DNA of 64,000 nucleotides, taken from contig JAHLWZ010000301.1 of assembly GCA_020536535.1 (NCBI GenBank), positions 1 to 64,000 of the forward strand, read 5' to 3'. Below the pieces are notes generated by a model that made no database searches, was not told the origin of the DNA, and worked only from the letters and a program-made list of their open reading frames with translations. The DNA comes from Pelomyxa schiedti (taxonomy: Eukaryota > Protista > Evosea). The stretch's first letter is position 1; every line of letters begins with the position of its first letter. Both the position numbers and the translations under genes were made by a program. Shown piece by piece: positions 13,928 to 27,285 of the stretch.

Positions 13928-15889
13928 TCAGGTCCGCCGCTTTTTGGGCCCTGGTTCTGTGGCTTGGTCTTCTTTGTCAGTGGGTGGGTGAATTCTATCA
14001 TCACCGGTGAGGGTAGTTTGCGAGGGGTTACTGTTGCTGGTGGTTGAGGTATTGTGGGTGTTGTTACTATTGTTGCAGGTACTTTGGTTTTTGGGTGGCT
14101 GTGTTTGCTGCTGTGTGGCTGAGGTACTGCTTTCGGCCGGCTTATCACTGGGTGATGATGGTGATGGTGATGGTTTGGCTGGTGCGGATTGTTGAGTGTT
14201 TGTGTTGCTGTTTTCTGAGTTTGGTGTGGAGGTGTCATTTGTTGGTTCTGCTGTTGCGTTATTGGTGGTGTCAGAAGTTTTTGTGGCACTCTCTGGTTTG
14301 GCTTTGTTGGCATTATCTGTGGTGGTGCCACTGGAATTATCTGCATTAGTTTTGTCTGTTGTTGCCGGCTGCGCTTCTTCGGAGGTTTGGGGTGATGAAG
14401 TTGATAATGTAGGTTGTTTTACAGGTAAGGTTTGAGGTGCAGGGGCTGATGGGGGGGAAGGCGGTAGCGGGGGTGGTGGTGCCTCCCGTGCCGGAGTAAC
14501 TGGCGGTTGTGGTGTGTTGGCGGGGGGTGGAGGTGGCGGTGGCGGTGGGGGTTGTACCATGTATTCTGAGCCTGTTTTGAAGTGGGGGTAAAAGAAAAAA
14601 AAAAAAAAAAAAAAAAAAAAGGAAAGATGAGGGTTTGAAGGGAAAAGGGTGAAATACTTGGTGGTTGTGCGTATTGCTCTGAAGCCATCATGTACTGCTG
14701 TTGCATAAGCATTTGTTGGTACTGAACTGCAAAGATTGTTAATGTTGACATATATTTCAAAGTAGTACATACTGGGATCATATGGGTATGAAACCATTCC
14801 TCCACTCATGGCCATTTGCGGGTCAATGGACCCTGGTTGCTAAAAGCAAAGGGTGTAAGGGTAAATATAGGATGGGTGAAGAACTACCATTAATTGATAA
14901 TCGGCACCATAGTATGGCTGCAAATTTGCGTTAAGGAAATCCCTGGATCAGTTTTACGTGGGAAAAAAAATAGTAAAACGGTTTCACTGTACAGTGGCAG
15001 TTACATGTAGACACAAAATGTACCGTGTTCGGTTATTATTGATCTTGACAGTCAAATCGGTAAGATGAGAAAATTGCACATCAAGAGTGAACTGACCAAG
15101 TGTTTCTCCTGCATAGAAAGTATAACTTGTAAACATGGTTTTGGCCTGCTTGGCACCCTCCACCATGAAGTACTGCACCAAAGCTTGGACCCCCACTTGA
15201 AGAAGAAGACGTTTTAACAGTAAAAAAAATTGGTGTGTGTAAACCTGCTTCTTTGTTCATGATAACTATCTTATGTATTTGTCCATACTGTGAAAAAAGC
15301 TGGTACACAAAATCGACGTTGATGAGGGTAAGCATAGCTTCCCCCAATTGTTCGTGAAGAGGGTTATAAAAAGTCACCAGTAAAATTCTGTTGCTGGTGC
15401 TTTCTGCAGATAGTTCTCCGTGGATGGAGAATCCAGCATATACATTACGACCTCTTTACAAAGCAGTTAGCAAAAGCACTACACAATCTTAAAGAAGGGA
15501 AAATAAAGGAGGATGAAAGTAACCCAAGTCTCAGTTGGGACGTTGTGCTATGGCTGACAAAATTGATAGCTGCTGTCAAATCGCGCATTTGCACCATGGC
15601 TTGTTTCTTTGCTTTCATCAAAACAACTTTCTCCACGGCTCCAAACGGCGTGAAAATAGACAACAACTCTTCCTACAAATTGATTCCGACAAAGTACGGT
15701 CAAGGCACATAAAGGGGGAAAAAAAAAAAAGATGGGGGGAAATTGGGAAAAAACAAACAACAACAAACACCAACAACAACAACAACAACAACAACAAACA
15801 ACCTGAGTGGTGTCAGTGGGTACGTTGCGGACATGCACCACGCGAGATGGTGACTTCTCGAACGACACCTGCCCAGCTCGTGACGCCAT
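13928..15889 (-). CDS. PTBP: PTB/hnRNP L-like RRM protein with P/T/S-rich tail
   Basis: SPSRVVHVRNVP, FGAVEKVVLMKAKKQAMVQM, FSQYGQIHKIV, VQALVQY and TLDVQFSHLTDLTVKINNNRTRDF match PTB RRM1-2. The C-terminal PKKRRT resembles an NLS. Confidence 0.85.
15752..15801. repeat. (AAC)n microsatellite in PTB first intron
   Basis: Run caacaacaacaacaacaacaacaacaaaca is directly visible. Confidence 0.85.
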
Positions 15890-16142
15890 CACGCCCTGGA
15901 AATTGACTGTTGATTTGATTTGGGTTTTTTCCGGGAACTCCTCTCCGACTGATCTGCAACGCCCTGAGGCAGTAGGGTGGACGAAGACCCAATGGAAGGG
16001 TGCTGGAGCAAACCTCCGAGGCCTAGAGTACATGGCCTTTTCGGGAGATTACTTTTGCTTTTTGGATTTCGGAACACAAATGAAAAACCAAAAGCAAAAA
16101 CAAAAAAAACCTCCCGGCTGATATCGACACGCACCCGGGCCA

Positions 16143-18930
16143 ATGAGTACCCAAGACGGTAAGATCTCGTCCTCTAACTACGCACTTGTTTCTCTGCAAC
16201 ACGTGCGAGTTGTTGCTGGGTTTTTTTTTTTCCCTCGTCGACGTGCATCTCGAACAACACCAGCGACATCTAATCTCGTGTTTCCCCAGCCATCGCGAAG
16301 GCGCGAGCTCAGTGGGCGCGTGCGCGTGACCTAGCAGTTGGAGGCGGCGCCGCCGCCACTGCGGCTTCAACGGCGACGCCTTTGTCTCTCCCGCCGGCGG
16401 TGCTCACGACCACGGGCACCCCCGGCCTCAAGAACATGTCCTTCGGCGCCCTGGCCTCGATGGCCGCCGCCCAGCGCGGCCTCGGCCTCGGGCTGCCCGC
16501 CGCCACCCCGTCGTCCTCGGCCATCGTCTCGCTGCCGCCCATGCCCGCGCTCCCCGCGGCGACGCCGGCGTCGTCGGCGCAGCCCGTCGCCCTGCCCGTC
16601 TCCATCCCGCTGCCCGCTGCCACTAGCACTCCTAGCAGCACCGCCGCGACGCCGCTGGCCCTCCCGCCGCTGCCGGTCATGCCATTGCCGGTCCAGGCGC
16701 AGTCGGTGCCCATGCCTGTCCCCATGCCTGTTGCTGTCCCCGTGGCTACGCCGGCTGCCACTCCTACACCCATTCCCACTCCTCTCCCTGTTAGCCCTAC
16801 TCCCTCCCCGGCTCCCACTTCAGCTTCGGCTTCCGCTCCCGCAACTTCGACTCCGACCGGGACTGCCACGACATCCACACCTTTGACTTCATCATTTTCT
16901 GGGGGCTTGAGGATGTTCCCAAACCGACAACCAACAACTGTACCCACAGGACGGTCGGCACTTACTTTGTCTCGTGTAATACAAGAAACTGCTACAATTG
17001 ATGTTGTGGAAAAGGAGCGCTATGCTGCTGATGTTAAAAAGACACTGGTTGTGAAGAACGTTCCTCAGAACGTATCTTCTACTCAGATAGCGGGTTTATT
17101 CAATGTCCCTCACGGAATAAGGAGCATAAAGTGGTAAGTTTACTTCACACCTGGGCATCAGTTTTAACTTGTGTTGAGGTACGCCAAGGGGAAAGTAAAA
17201 AATGCCCTTGTAGAGTTTGTGGAAGCTGGGGAAGGCCCCCAGGATAAAATTGATAACCTCGTGAATATTGAAGGCAATTGGCTAAGTGTGGAACCGGCCA
17301 CTATAAGCATTACCCAAGCCCAGCAGCTTGAGTATGATTACGAACTTAGAAGACAAAGGTTTGCAAGTGCTCTCCCTCATTTCTTTACTAAGGAAAAACC
17401 AGGGAAGCACAAACAATTTTGAGGATGTCTGCATCTTCCACCGGCACAGGGTCTGCTCCTATTCCCGAACCAACTCCTGAAGAAAACGTATATTTACAGA
17501 CTTGTTACGGCAATTATCAACACAAATAACGAAGGAATCTGTTGCGTACTGGAAGGCAAGAGCGTTGGCCGCAGAGGCCTCTGTTGCGGCATTAGAACGT
17601 GAGCTTAGTTTGAGAAGACTTGCAGCCGTTGCTTACAACATCCCTTCAACACCCAATTCACACTTTAGTAGGGTGAAACAGGCCTCAGACAGTCCGCTGT
17701 TCATGTACCTCCACAACCCATTCCGACTACGGCAACAAAACCGCCTATGTCTACAGAAACTGTTAGCTCTCCCGAAACTGGCACTATCCCATCTCCACAG
17801 GCAGACGAATGGTAACACTTCCAACTTCTCGATTAGTTGGGTATTGAATGAGTTCTCAAGGCGCGAAAAATTCAAGCAGAGAGTTGCCGAAGGTGTCCTG
17901 GCTCCTTCACCAGAGGAAGGTGAAACTGAGACTTACCTTTGCCCAATATGCTTCACGGATGTACCCCTAAATGAACTCTTTGTTTTGGATACCTGCTTCC
18001 ATCGTTATTGCACCCAGGTACGCTGTCTTACGTCTTCTGCAGTTGTCGTAACACAATTAGTGCATGCAAGAATACTTGACGACAAACATTTTCAGTGGTG
18101 TCACACAACTTAAGGTAGCTGCGTTTTAACTACACGGGATTTAACTTGAGGTAGTGTCCAAATCCTTCGTGCAAAGAAGATGTAACGAGGCAAGAAGTAA
18201 AATCTGTGGTGGACAGACGCACTTATGATAAATTCGAAGAATTTGAACTTAAGGCCGTATTGAACACTATTCCAAATTTAAGGTATTGTTATTATTCCTA
18301 ATTAGTGCCTGATTTCACAATAAGGTGGTGCCCTCAGCCAAATTGCACCAATGCTGTCATAGGTACGCAGGTTTTCCCCATTCTTCCTTATTGAACTCTT
18401 GTCTAGTAACTGGAGGGCTTATGGCTCGGTGTAATAATCTACGTTGCCGGTTCACTTTTTGCATCAAATGCAGAGATGAATGGCACGCTGACATTTCCTG
18501 TGAACAGTACCAGAAATGGAAAGGTATCAACGACACCGAAAACCATACATCTCTAACAATTTGTGCAGTCGATAACTCCTCGGCCGATTCGCGCTACAAA
18601 GATTGGATTAAGGAACATTCAAAGCCTTGCCCAAGGTGCCAAACACAAATCGAGAAGAATGGTTTGCCACTGTTCCTTTTCCTACTTAATCTCACCGCTA
18701 TTTAGGTGGATGCAACCACATGTACAACAGAACCATTTTGGAAAATGATTTAAAACTCACACTTTATCAACAGGACCTGCAAGCACTGCACCTACGAATT
18801 TTGTTGGCTGTGCATGGGCAAAACAGACGTATGCAACATTCACACAAATAAACCCTCCTCCTTTCTAACACATGCCTCTCAGAGCAACCATTATTCAACT
18901 GGACCTTGTGCTGGCAAACAATTCACTTGA
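16143..18930 (+). CDS. RBR (RING-IBR-RING, Ariadne/RNF19-like) E3 ubiquitin ligase with upstream RRM-like domain
   Basis: MSTQD|VGGGAAA start; LVVKNVP...KNALVEF RRM-like region; CPICF...CFHRYC RING1; WCPQPNC...[49 protein letters not shown] RING2; stop at 18928-18930. Confidence 0.9.
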
Positions 18931-19494
18931 AAAAAAGCAAATTGTTACAGATTGGTGGTACAAAACCAAAATATCGCACTCCAAGGAACTTTCAGCGTTT
19001 TTTTCCTCCAACACAGCACAAGATCTCGCAAGATCCAAAGCCCAGCGAACTGATCTGATTTTGAAAGGGGTGCGAAGAACAAGAGATCAGATGTGCGACG
19101 TTGGGACTTGATATCAGTGCTTTTCCTGTTTTTGGCCCTGTAAGAGTAGAAAACTTTCCAGAGTTGAGTGTAATAGTTGGGATCATACAGTGTTGTACAC
19201 GTAACTTTTTTGAACATTCGGGAAAAGACTTCGCCGGGAGTGCATGTTCACAAAACTGCAACTTTTGGTAGACATTTCTTTTAAGAGACCCTTCTAAAAA
19301 TTAACTTTTCCTCAGAGAAAAAAAAAAGAGTTGACATACAAACGACACGCGTGCGGGCATTTATCGAAAACAAATAAGAAAAAAACCAGTGTCGACAGTG
19401 CACATCTTCGCCGTAAGATCTTAAACCGATGTCAGCAAGTTGTTTGGGCCGCACACACGACCAAAGGCACCTTAATTTCTTGTTTGAACTTGCC

Positions 19495-20362
19495 ATGTTG
19501 CAAAAGGCGTATCACATCGACGCGTCAGCGGTGCGTTTCCCTTTAAAACCAATGACGGGTTTCCTTGTTGTTCACATTTGACGTACAGGTGCCTGATGCA
19601 GAGAGAGAGATGTTACCAGATGAGTTGATTTCTCATTTTTCTGAGACCACCCAACTTCTTAACTCGCTGTCTGGATTGTCGCAAAAGCGACCAGGATTGC
19701 CCCTTCGACAAGTATGTTTACAAGATTCTGAATACATTCTTGTGCACTAGTAACCTCTTCTCCAACAGGACATTTTCGGTTCTAACATGCTCCCTGCTGA
19801 GAATGAAAGTTCTCCTTGTACATCAACCCTTTCGTCTTCGCCCCCAAGTCTGAGTTCGTCTCCCTGCTTACCGCCTGGCTCACCTCTCGGCTCTGCTTTT
19901 CCGCCTATGCCAGACATGTTGGGTCCTTCAACTTCGAGCGCGCCGACCCAGGTTCGGGCTTCATCACCAAGAACGTCTTCTTCTAGAGCACCCTCTGATC
20001 AGTCTCCTACCGTCTCTCCAAAAAAAGGGAGTTCCATCTGTCCAGCAAAACCCAAGCGTGTATGCCCGCCATTTTGTCCAAGGTTACTCCTAACATCCCC
20101 CTCAGAGGAAAAGAGCAAAGAACCCTGTATCTTTCTACTGTCATGTTTGTGGAACCAAAGAAACCAGCGAATGGAGACGCGGGCCTGACAATTGCAAATC
20201 GTAATTCCCGAAAAACCCCCGAGTGTTGCATGATTACTTACCAAGTGCAGGTTGTGCAATGCTTGTGGACTACACTATGCCAAGATTGTCAAAAAGGAGC
20301 AGATGATACCGCCCAACCCCAGTGTCAGCTTCTCCATCCAGACACTTCTCAATCCAGCCTAA
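19495..20362 (+). CDS. GATA zinc-finger transcription factor
   Basis: Spliced CHVCGTKETSEWRRGPDNCKSLCNACGLHY (C-x2-C-x18-C-x2-C); ends FSIQTLLNPA*. Confidence 0.9.
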
Positions 20363-20576
20363 ACAGGGAGTTTGACTGTTGGCTATGGTAGACCCTTCAA
20401 GCTCCTGTAGGCATCAACCTATTGCTTGTGCTGCTTGCAAGTTGGTTTGTCGCCTCCTCGCTGGTGGCATTGTACAATTGGAATTGTATTGAAGTAACAA
20501 ATAGTTGACAGAAGTTTCGAAAGAACCAAAACTTATGTTTTTTAAAAGCCACTTTTTTCTTTCAATTTTCTTTGGG

Positions 20577-22866
20577 TCACTCATCCTTGTCCTTTCCTTT
20601 GTCAGGGATTGCCGGTTCCAAGGGGGCTGGTACCTTTTTTGTGTGTGTATTAGGGAAATGTTACAGTAGGCAATACTCGATACTAAGCATACTGTAGTGG
20701 TTCTGGTCATGGCGTGTTTTCTAATGAGCGAGACTATCTTGGGATATACCATGGTTGAGGAGTTGGCGGCCCACAAAAGGTCCATGTGGTTGTATCCTGG
20801 AATTTCTTCAAATGCCAGAACGGTGCAACCGGCATCATGAAGTTGCCGCTGCAGAGGTTTTATATCCACCAGTGTGTCACGTTGCCCTCCAAACACGGCA
20901 ATGGGCACTCGGATGTTGTTCAAGCCCCATCTGGAAAGTGTTAAGGCCGGGAAGGTATTTCAGGAAGCTCACGGTTCTATGGTGTTTACTTTTCTTAGAG
21001 GATGGATTGTTCCTTCTTTCAATAGCTTTAGCCATCCCCATATCAACTTTGCAGAGGTCCGGGCAGGCGAGAAGAGGAAATAGGTCACCTATTGTTAAAA
21101 AAAAAAAGTCAAGGTATACTCAGTGAATTAATATTTTTTTTTTTATACATATTGGTTTGGATGCCAGGTTTCGGGCTCCCACCCAAAAATGTAGCGTGTA
21201 AATACACATCCAAGAAGTGCTGTGAACATTATAGGTGTGTAATCCTGTAATTTGAATAAGATTGGGGCAAATTCTGTTTCGCCCATCATGTCTAGAAGAG
21301 ACTTGTAAGTGTTTCAGATAATCTTAAATAAAAACGTACATCGAACCGTATTAGAGTGTGGAATAAGAAGTTTTTTAAAGAGCCAATGAGTCATAGGGGA
21401 GAGGTTGTAAGCTGGGGCAAGAGCAACCATCATTGAAACTTCTTCAAGAGGTACCTTCCCGGCCTGGAAGGCAATGAAAGCTTGCGAGGCTCCTGGGAGG
21501 AAGTTATTTTGATTTAAGTGTTTGTTCATTTCCCAGACCTTGAGAATGGCCCATAACAACAATTTGCTTCTTCGTCACTGTACTTACGTAGTGAACCATT
21601 TCCGGGAAATCGTACATTCCCAATTCATCCTCGAGAAATGTTTGAATGCAAATTGACAAAAACACAGCTTACCAAGGTGAAATCCCAGAAGCGTGGATCT
21701 CGGGATGATAAATGAGTATGCTCCGGAAAGACCCCGCGACTGTTACCAAGCCAGACATCAAATCCTCTGTCGGCAAGATACCACGCTGGACTGTGAGTAG
21801 CATTTGCTACGAAAACTCCTTAGCGGATGTTAGTTTTTCATTTTAAAGATATGAGAAGAATAAGGACCCGCATTTTGAAGGACACCATGTTGACAGAAAA
21901 TAGGGATGAACCCAGGACTATCGAGGTTCTCTTTCCTTTTAGAAGTGATTAAAGTAAATGATTAGAAGACAAGCTGTAGATAAGGAAAAAACCTGAATAT
22001 CCTGTATAAAGTCAGGATGTGCCCATCTGAAGTTGTTACCTTGTGCTGCTCAAAATCCAGACCCAATGCGCGAACGTGATCCACGACATTTTTGGATTTG
22101 CACACGGCGTACCCATGGCCCGCTACAGGCAAGTCCATCAGTCTACTGGTAAACTCCCTCCACCAACCACAAACTGGCATTACTCTACACATCCAATGCG
22201 GCCGCCATATCACATATCCACATACCCAACACAACACACACCAGTAAGCACAGCAGACACAGTGCTACAGTACATACGGGTTGGGAAGAAGGAGCACAGT
22301 GCGCGCGCCATCCGGGTCGGCATGGAGAGCAGCGCCGCCCCCCACGACACGAACGCCAGGCACACCAGCACCAGGATGAGCCCCACCACGCTCCCCATGG
22401 ACGCGGCCCAGCGCCCGGCCCCCCGCCACAGCCGCGCCGCCCACCGCCACGCCTGCACCCCCGCCCGCACGGGCAGCAGCGCCGCCCCCAGCACCTCGCC
22501 CACCACCACCGCCACCACCGCCCGCACGCTGTGCCTGTGCCCGGCGCAGGGGCCCCGCCCCCCGGCATAGGAAGAGGAAGAGGAAGAGGAAGAGGAAGGA
22601 GAGGCCGGAGGCGCCGCCGCCGCCGCGGGTGCGCTGCTGGTGCTGGGGCCAACCGAGGCCGAGGCTGTGGGTGATGACGAGGAAGACGAGGAGGAGCAGG
22701 GGGAGCTGTGTGGTGGTGGTGGGGGGTGTTGTGAGTGGGTGAAGAAAGAGCATAGGTGGCGAATACTGGGCCATGTGCTGGCGGGGGTTGATTTGGATTT
22801 AGTGGGTGGTCGTGGTGACTGGGTAGTTTCGGAAGAAGCAGCGGTACTCGCGCTGTCACTCGCCAT
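20577..22866 (-). CDS. Acid lipase/sterol esterase family alpha/beta hydrolase with N-terminal hydrophobic segment
   Basis: HKVTTSDGHILTLYRI, GFDVWLGNSRG, FWDFTLDELGMYDFP, GHSQG nucleophile, GQRDTLVD and YNHMDLLW. Confidence 0.9.
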
Positions 22867-23142
22867 GGCTGTGGCTTCTTTGTTTGGGTTGGTGTTGGTT
22901 GTGGTGGTTGGGGGTGGTGTGTTTTTGGGTGTAGGTGTGAGATCAGCACACGGAAGAAAAACGCGAAACAATTTCCGTAATTTGTAACAAAGGTCTAAAT
23001 GAGAAATCTACGAATTTTAGTTTTCAACACTGCACAAAACAGTATGAAGGTGCATGTTTCGTGCACGGGCTTTGGTTGGGTTTTGTTTGGTGTCTGGGTT
23101 GGGTGTTTGTTGTTTGGCGGTGGTGTGAGGCGCATAAGTTGC

Positions 23143-26100
23143 TTAGAAGGCTTCTTCATCGCTGGAACTCTCAGGCTCCTCGTTGTTGTCAACAGCAACA
23201 AGGGTGTGTGAGTCAATTGGGATTGGGGTGCCACTGGTCGATGTAGTGGTGGTTATGCTAACTGTTACTGGCTCTTTTTCCGGCGGGCTTGGGGAGTGTG
23301 TGTTGCGCTCGGCTCCAAGTTGTACGTTGTGCTTGGTTCCATTGGTCCTGCCTATTCCGATTGGCGAGTGTGAGGTGTGGTGGTGATGTTCATGGTGGTG
23401 ACCGTGATGATGGGTCTCCCCACCTTCAGTAGTTTCTGCTGTTGGCAGTGTGGGGGTGTGGGTGGGTGTTTCTGTGCCTGTGGATGGGGTGGAGGATAAT
23501 TTCGGGGAGGCCACAGAAGGCGAACTAGCAGCCGCAGTAGTACTGGGGGTGGTGCTGCTGGCGGTTGTTGTGGAAGAAGCGGAAGCAGTTGTCGTTGAAG
23601 AAGCTGTAGCGGTTGCTGTTGCAGGTACTATAACATGGGCAGCAAATCGAGGACCATCTGTCGTGTTTCCGTGATCAACAGAGCATGTTGGGGAAGCAAG
23701 ATGCCCAAGAGATACACGCAATTCCCAGTCAAATTCGTTCCACCTTACAGTATATCTCAGGAAGACACTCTTCTTCTTTTTCGTGCTATGCTTGGTTTTG
23801 GTTGAGTGAGCAATAGCAAAGTTTTCTGGGACATGTCTCTCCAGAAACTCGTAAAGAGAGTTTTTAGTACCAAAGTCTTTGAGATACCACTGAATATTTT
23901 CTGGTAACCACACCTAAAAGCCTTGAGATATAATGAGTATCTAATTGAGATACTTGTTTGATTGGTGGCAGGCACAGTGCTGAAGACTTCAAGTAAAATT
24001 TAACGGCATTATCCAGTTCTGCCTGTACAGACGCAGAGTGGTACACCCAAACTACAGGGCTAGACTGCGAGTAATGAGACAAGCTCGAAAAAGTTGGTTT
24101 CTTACAGTAGTTCCAAGACAAAGAGCAAAACTTATTCTTGGATCGTGAGTGGTCAATGCCTGTGTTGCCCTTGGGTCGTCATCTGGAATGTGTGCCCCCG
24201 GGCCCATTCCTTGGAAAGTGTGACCAGAAAAAAAGGCAGAAGTTCCTTTTACCGTTGTCAGGGACGGGCATGCCAGCTCTAAGGACGGCATGTTCTATCT
24301 CGTAATGACTGAAGATGTACCCTCCAATGTAATATTGAAAGCTTTGCATTAAGATTTGCTACAGGAAATAAGATAAATACAAGGAAAGGAAGTAAACCTT
24401 TTCGCGGGCCTTGATAGTGAGAGGTTCCCGAGAGGGCATCATGTTGGTAACTGCCGCTGAATGCAAGGCCATAAGATTGTAAACGTTAAGCCAAAAGGCA
24501 GTTTTCATATCAGGTGTAGTGAGTTTGGCAAGATCAACCTGTGAGGGGAAAAAAAAAAAAAAAAAAGAAGAAAAGCAATTAGAGAGGACCAACGAGGAGA
24601 AACAACTCACTGTTTGAAGGTCACGAAGGGATAACAGAAACTTGGGAAAGTCGGGATGGTAGGCCACGCCAACCACGTTTTCATCAACAAGATGACCCCA
24701 GTACCCGCATCGCAGGTAAATGTAAATAAGGTGTTCGAGGCATGAGCACACGACTATGGGGAAAAGGTCACTTATTATTTTTCTAACTTACTCAACCTTG
24801 TTCTGGGGTTCTAGCTGGCCCAGGGCATGGGGGTCCTGTACAGTGTTACTGTGTAAGGGAGGGACTGAATAGTACCAGAGTTGACTACGCCACTGATCTG
24901 TGGTTTAGGATCCACAATACTATGCATCATTTAAGACAGCACAGAGATAATCTAAGAAAAAATACATATCAAGAGACTTTTTAAGCATTTCGGCAGTAAA
25001 AAATCGTGAATGAATAGCTTGTGCACATTTATAACGAGAGACTTCAGGAGTGTTAACTTCAGACGCGCCCACAATCTGCTCGATTTCTGGGGGGCGTGCT
25101 TGGATACTATCTGCAAAGATTTCTATCTCGAAGCTCGGGGCAAGCTGCAAAGGGTTATAACCTCAAGAAAAGTTATCAACTCCTATACCCTTTTATCTTT
25201 GAATCCTTTGTCCAAACCAGCTTTGTGGAAAACTGCATGGCCTCCTTCAACAAAAGCTGTATTGAACCACAAATTGAACATGTGTTCCTAAAGGTAATAA
25301 GAAAGGACTAAGTCCTCGAATGCTCAACCGTGCCAAAAGTCGACTTGGCCATGACCTCAATCTTTATGTCCCCAAAACAAGGCAGATTAGGAACATTAAA
25401 CTCGGCGACTTCTTCTGGCCAGCCCTGTTGAGTCTCCACATCAGCCACACGCTTCTTAAAAGATAATAGAAACTCGAACTAGACGTTGGTAAGCAGAGTT
25501 GGATTAGTATAATTATGGAATACAAGATCGGGCATTGGTTGTCCTTTCTCTTTCTGCTGTATTAAATGCTGGGAAGCATTTGTAAATAATTGCATGCGTG
25601 ACAGTTCCACTTCTTGAGAAACTTGTGGTTCGTCATCATCGTCCACCGTCTCTGTGGCACAGGAAGTTTTGTCTTTCTTTGATGGCTTCTTTGAGGGAGA
25701 AGGTGCTGCAGCAGTTGGCCCAGTGCCGTGTTTATCACCTTTCCTTTTTTCGTCATCCATATGGTAAGTGTAGATGGCAGTTTTCCAATTGTAAACACGG
25801 AAGGCAATTTCTAATTTATGTCAGGGAAACTACTAGTAGAATTCCAGTTATACCTGTATTCTCTGGAAGTTTTGGTTTTGGCCTAAGGATAATCCTTTTC
25901 AGCAGAATAACTACTTTTGAGTAAAAGTTGGATTTCCCAAATCTGGCAAGTTGCGAAAAGTATCTCACATATCAGATTTGACTGGGAATTGTAACTCCCT
26001 GTGTCAATATTAAAAGGGAGGAATAATGTAACTAAATGGAACAACTTGTTTGTTAAGAGTTCTTGCTGCTGCATAGTAAGTAAGAGCCTCGTCTGGAGTA

Positions 26101-26941
26101 TTCCACTCCCTACAATGGACAAGAAGAGATGATATAATAAGACCTGTCCTCCCCTTCCCCCTGTTAGAGCTTTCGGAAAAGCGATTCTTTACCTTGCCAG
26201 CTTTACAGTGTATAACCTAATTTGTTTAGCTTAATTTAAGGCACCCAAACTGGTTGGTACTTACAGCAACATTAGCTGGGTCTGCTGCAAGCCATTTCAT
26301 CTGTAAAAAAACAACATTTTGTATACCATTACTGTTTGAGAGAAGAGTACCACGTGACTACAACACTTGTCAATAATTTCAAAAGGGGGAGCATTATGGT
26401 CATCAAAAGGAAAGACAGAAACTGAGAAGTGTTCACTCATACTAAGTAGGAGAAACGATTCAACCTCTATCGTGGAATTTACTTGCGTCATACCCCCTTT
26501 CAGAGCACCTTTGTTATTCAAGTAAGAGGTGTGCAGTTATTAAACTTTCTCATACAAGTTGTACACCCAATAATGCTCATGATGGAATGTTTCAAAGAAT
26601 CTATCAAAAAAAAAAAAAAATGAGGGAAAAAAGAAGTTAAGTCCGTCCCACCTGTACACCTCCTTCATAGGGTTCCGATACGCAGCCTCCACACTTTCTG
26701 TGGGTGTTTTGTTATTTTTCCGTTGTTTTTTCTTCAAAGGAAGAACCTGAAGGAAACCCCATAGCCACGATACGTGGTGTAATGTCTAGACGCAATGTGA
26801 GTGTGAGAAGCGAGGAGAAAGACCCGTTGACCACTAATGAAGGGAGAAAAAAACAACAAGCTGTCACTCACAAGACAGATCTAGATCGAATCCAAACATC
26901 TGGTACCGCCGCTTCTTCTTCGACACGGTGGTGTGCAACAT
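23143..26941 (-). CDS. PTEN: PTEN-like phosphoinositide phosphatase + C2 domain fused to DUF547; contains one in-frame TGA at 25972-25974
   Basis: VSKKKRRYQMFGFDLDLSYIT, AMGFPS, YRNPMKEV, YNLCSE, FPFDDHNAP, HCKAGKGRTG and GVTIPSQI*YVRYF; C2 region MFNLWFNTAFV...LDKGFKDK; DUF547 region KTAFWLNVYN, DPRISFAL, QWYLKDFG. Confidence 0.85.
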
Positions 26942-27285
26942 CTTTGATTGTTTTTTTTTTCTTTTTTTTTTTGTTTTTGTTGACACTTCGGCGATGTCAA
27001 AAACAAAAGAGAAAGGTCGAAAAAAAATGTTTTTTCGATAAAAAATTTCCGTCTAACGGTTCAGCAACAACAAGACAAATCGCTCCTTAATTTCTCGGCA
27101 AAGCGAATCAGGAAAGGAAGAAATGGGTTGTCCTTCAAACAGGAACAAGGGAAATGGAGACAACAACCATTGAGCCCTCTCCTTCCAAGTAGAGGGAGGT
27201 CTCAGAAGTGGGTTGGACAGAATGCCCAACAACGAGGGCCGGTTTGCACACACAGTCGCAACCAGGTGTGCAGTTCTACTGTTTC

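Noticed and set aside
18945-19496. Short minus-strand ORFs between the RBR and GATA genes
   Set aside because: No motifs or consistent splice pattern; probably UTR/promoter sequence.
25972-25974. Genome-wide TGA reassignment or selenocysteine at the PTEN stop
   Set aside because: TGA terminates many other genes in the window, the aligned residue is Arg rather than Cys or Trp, and no SECIS was recognised.
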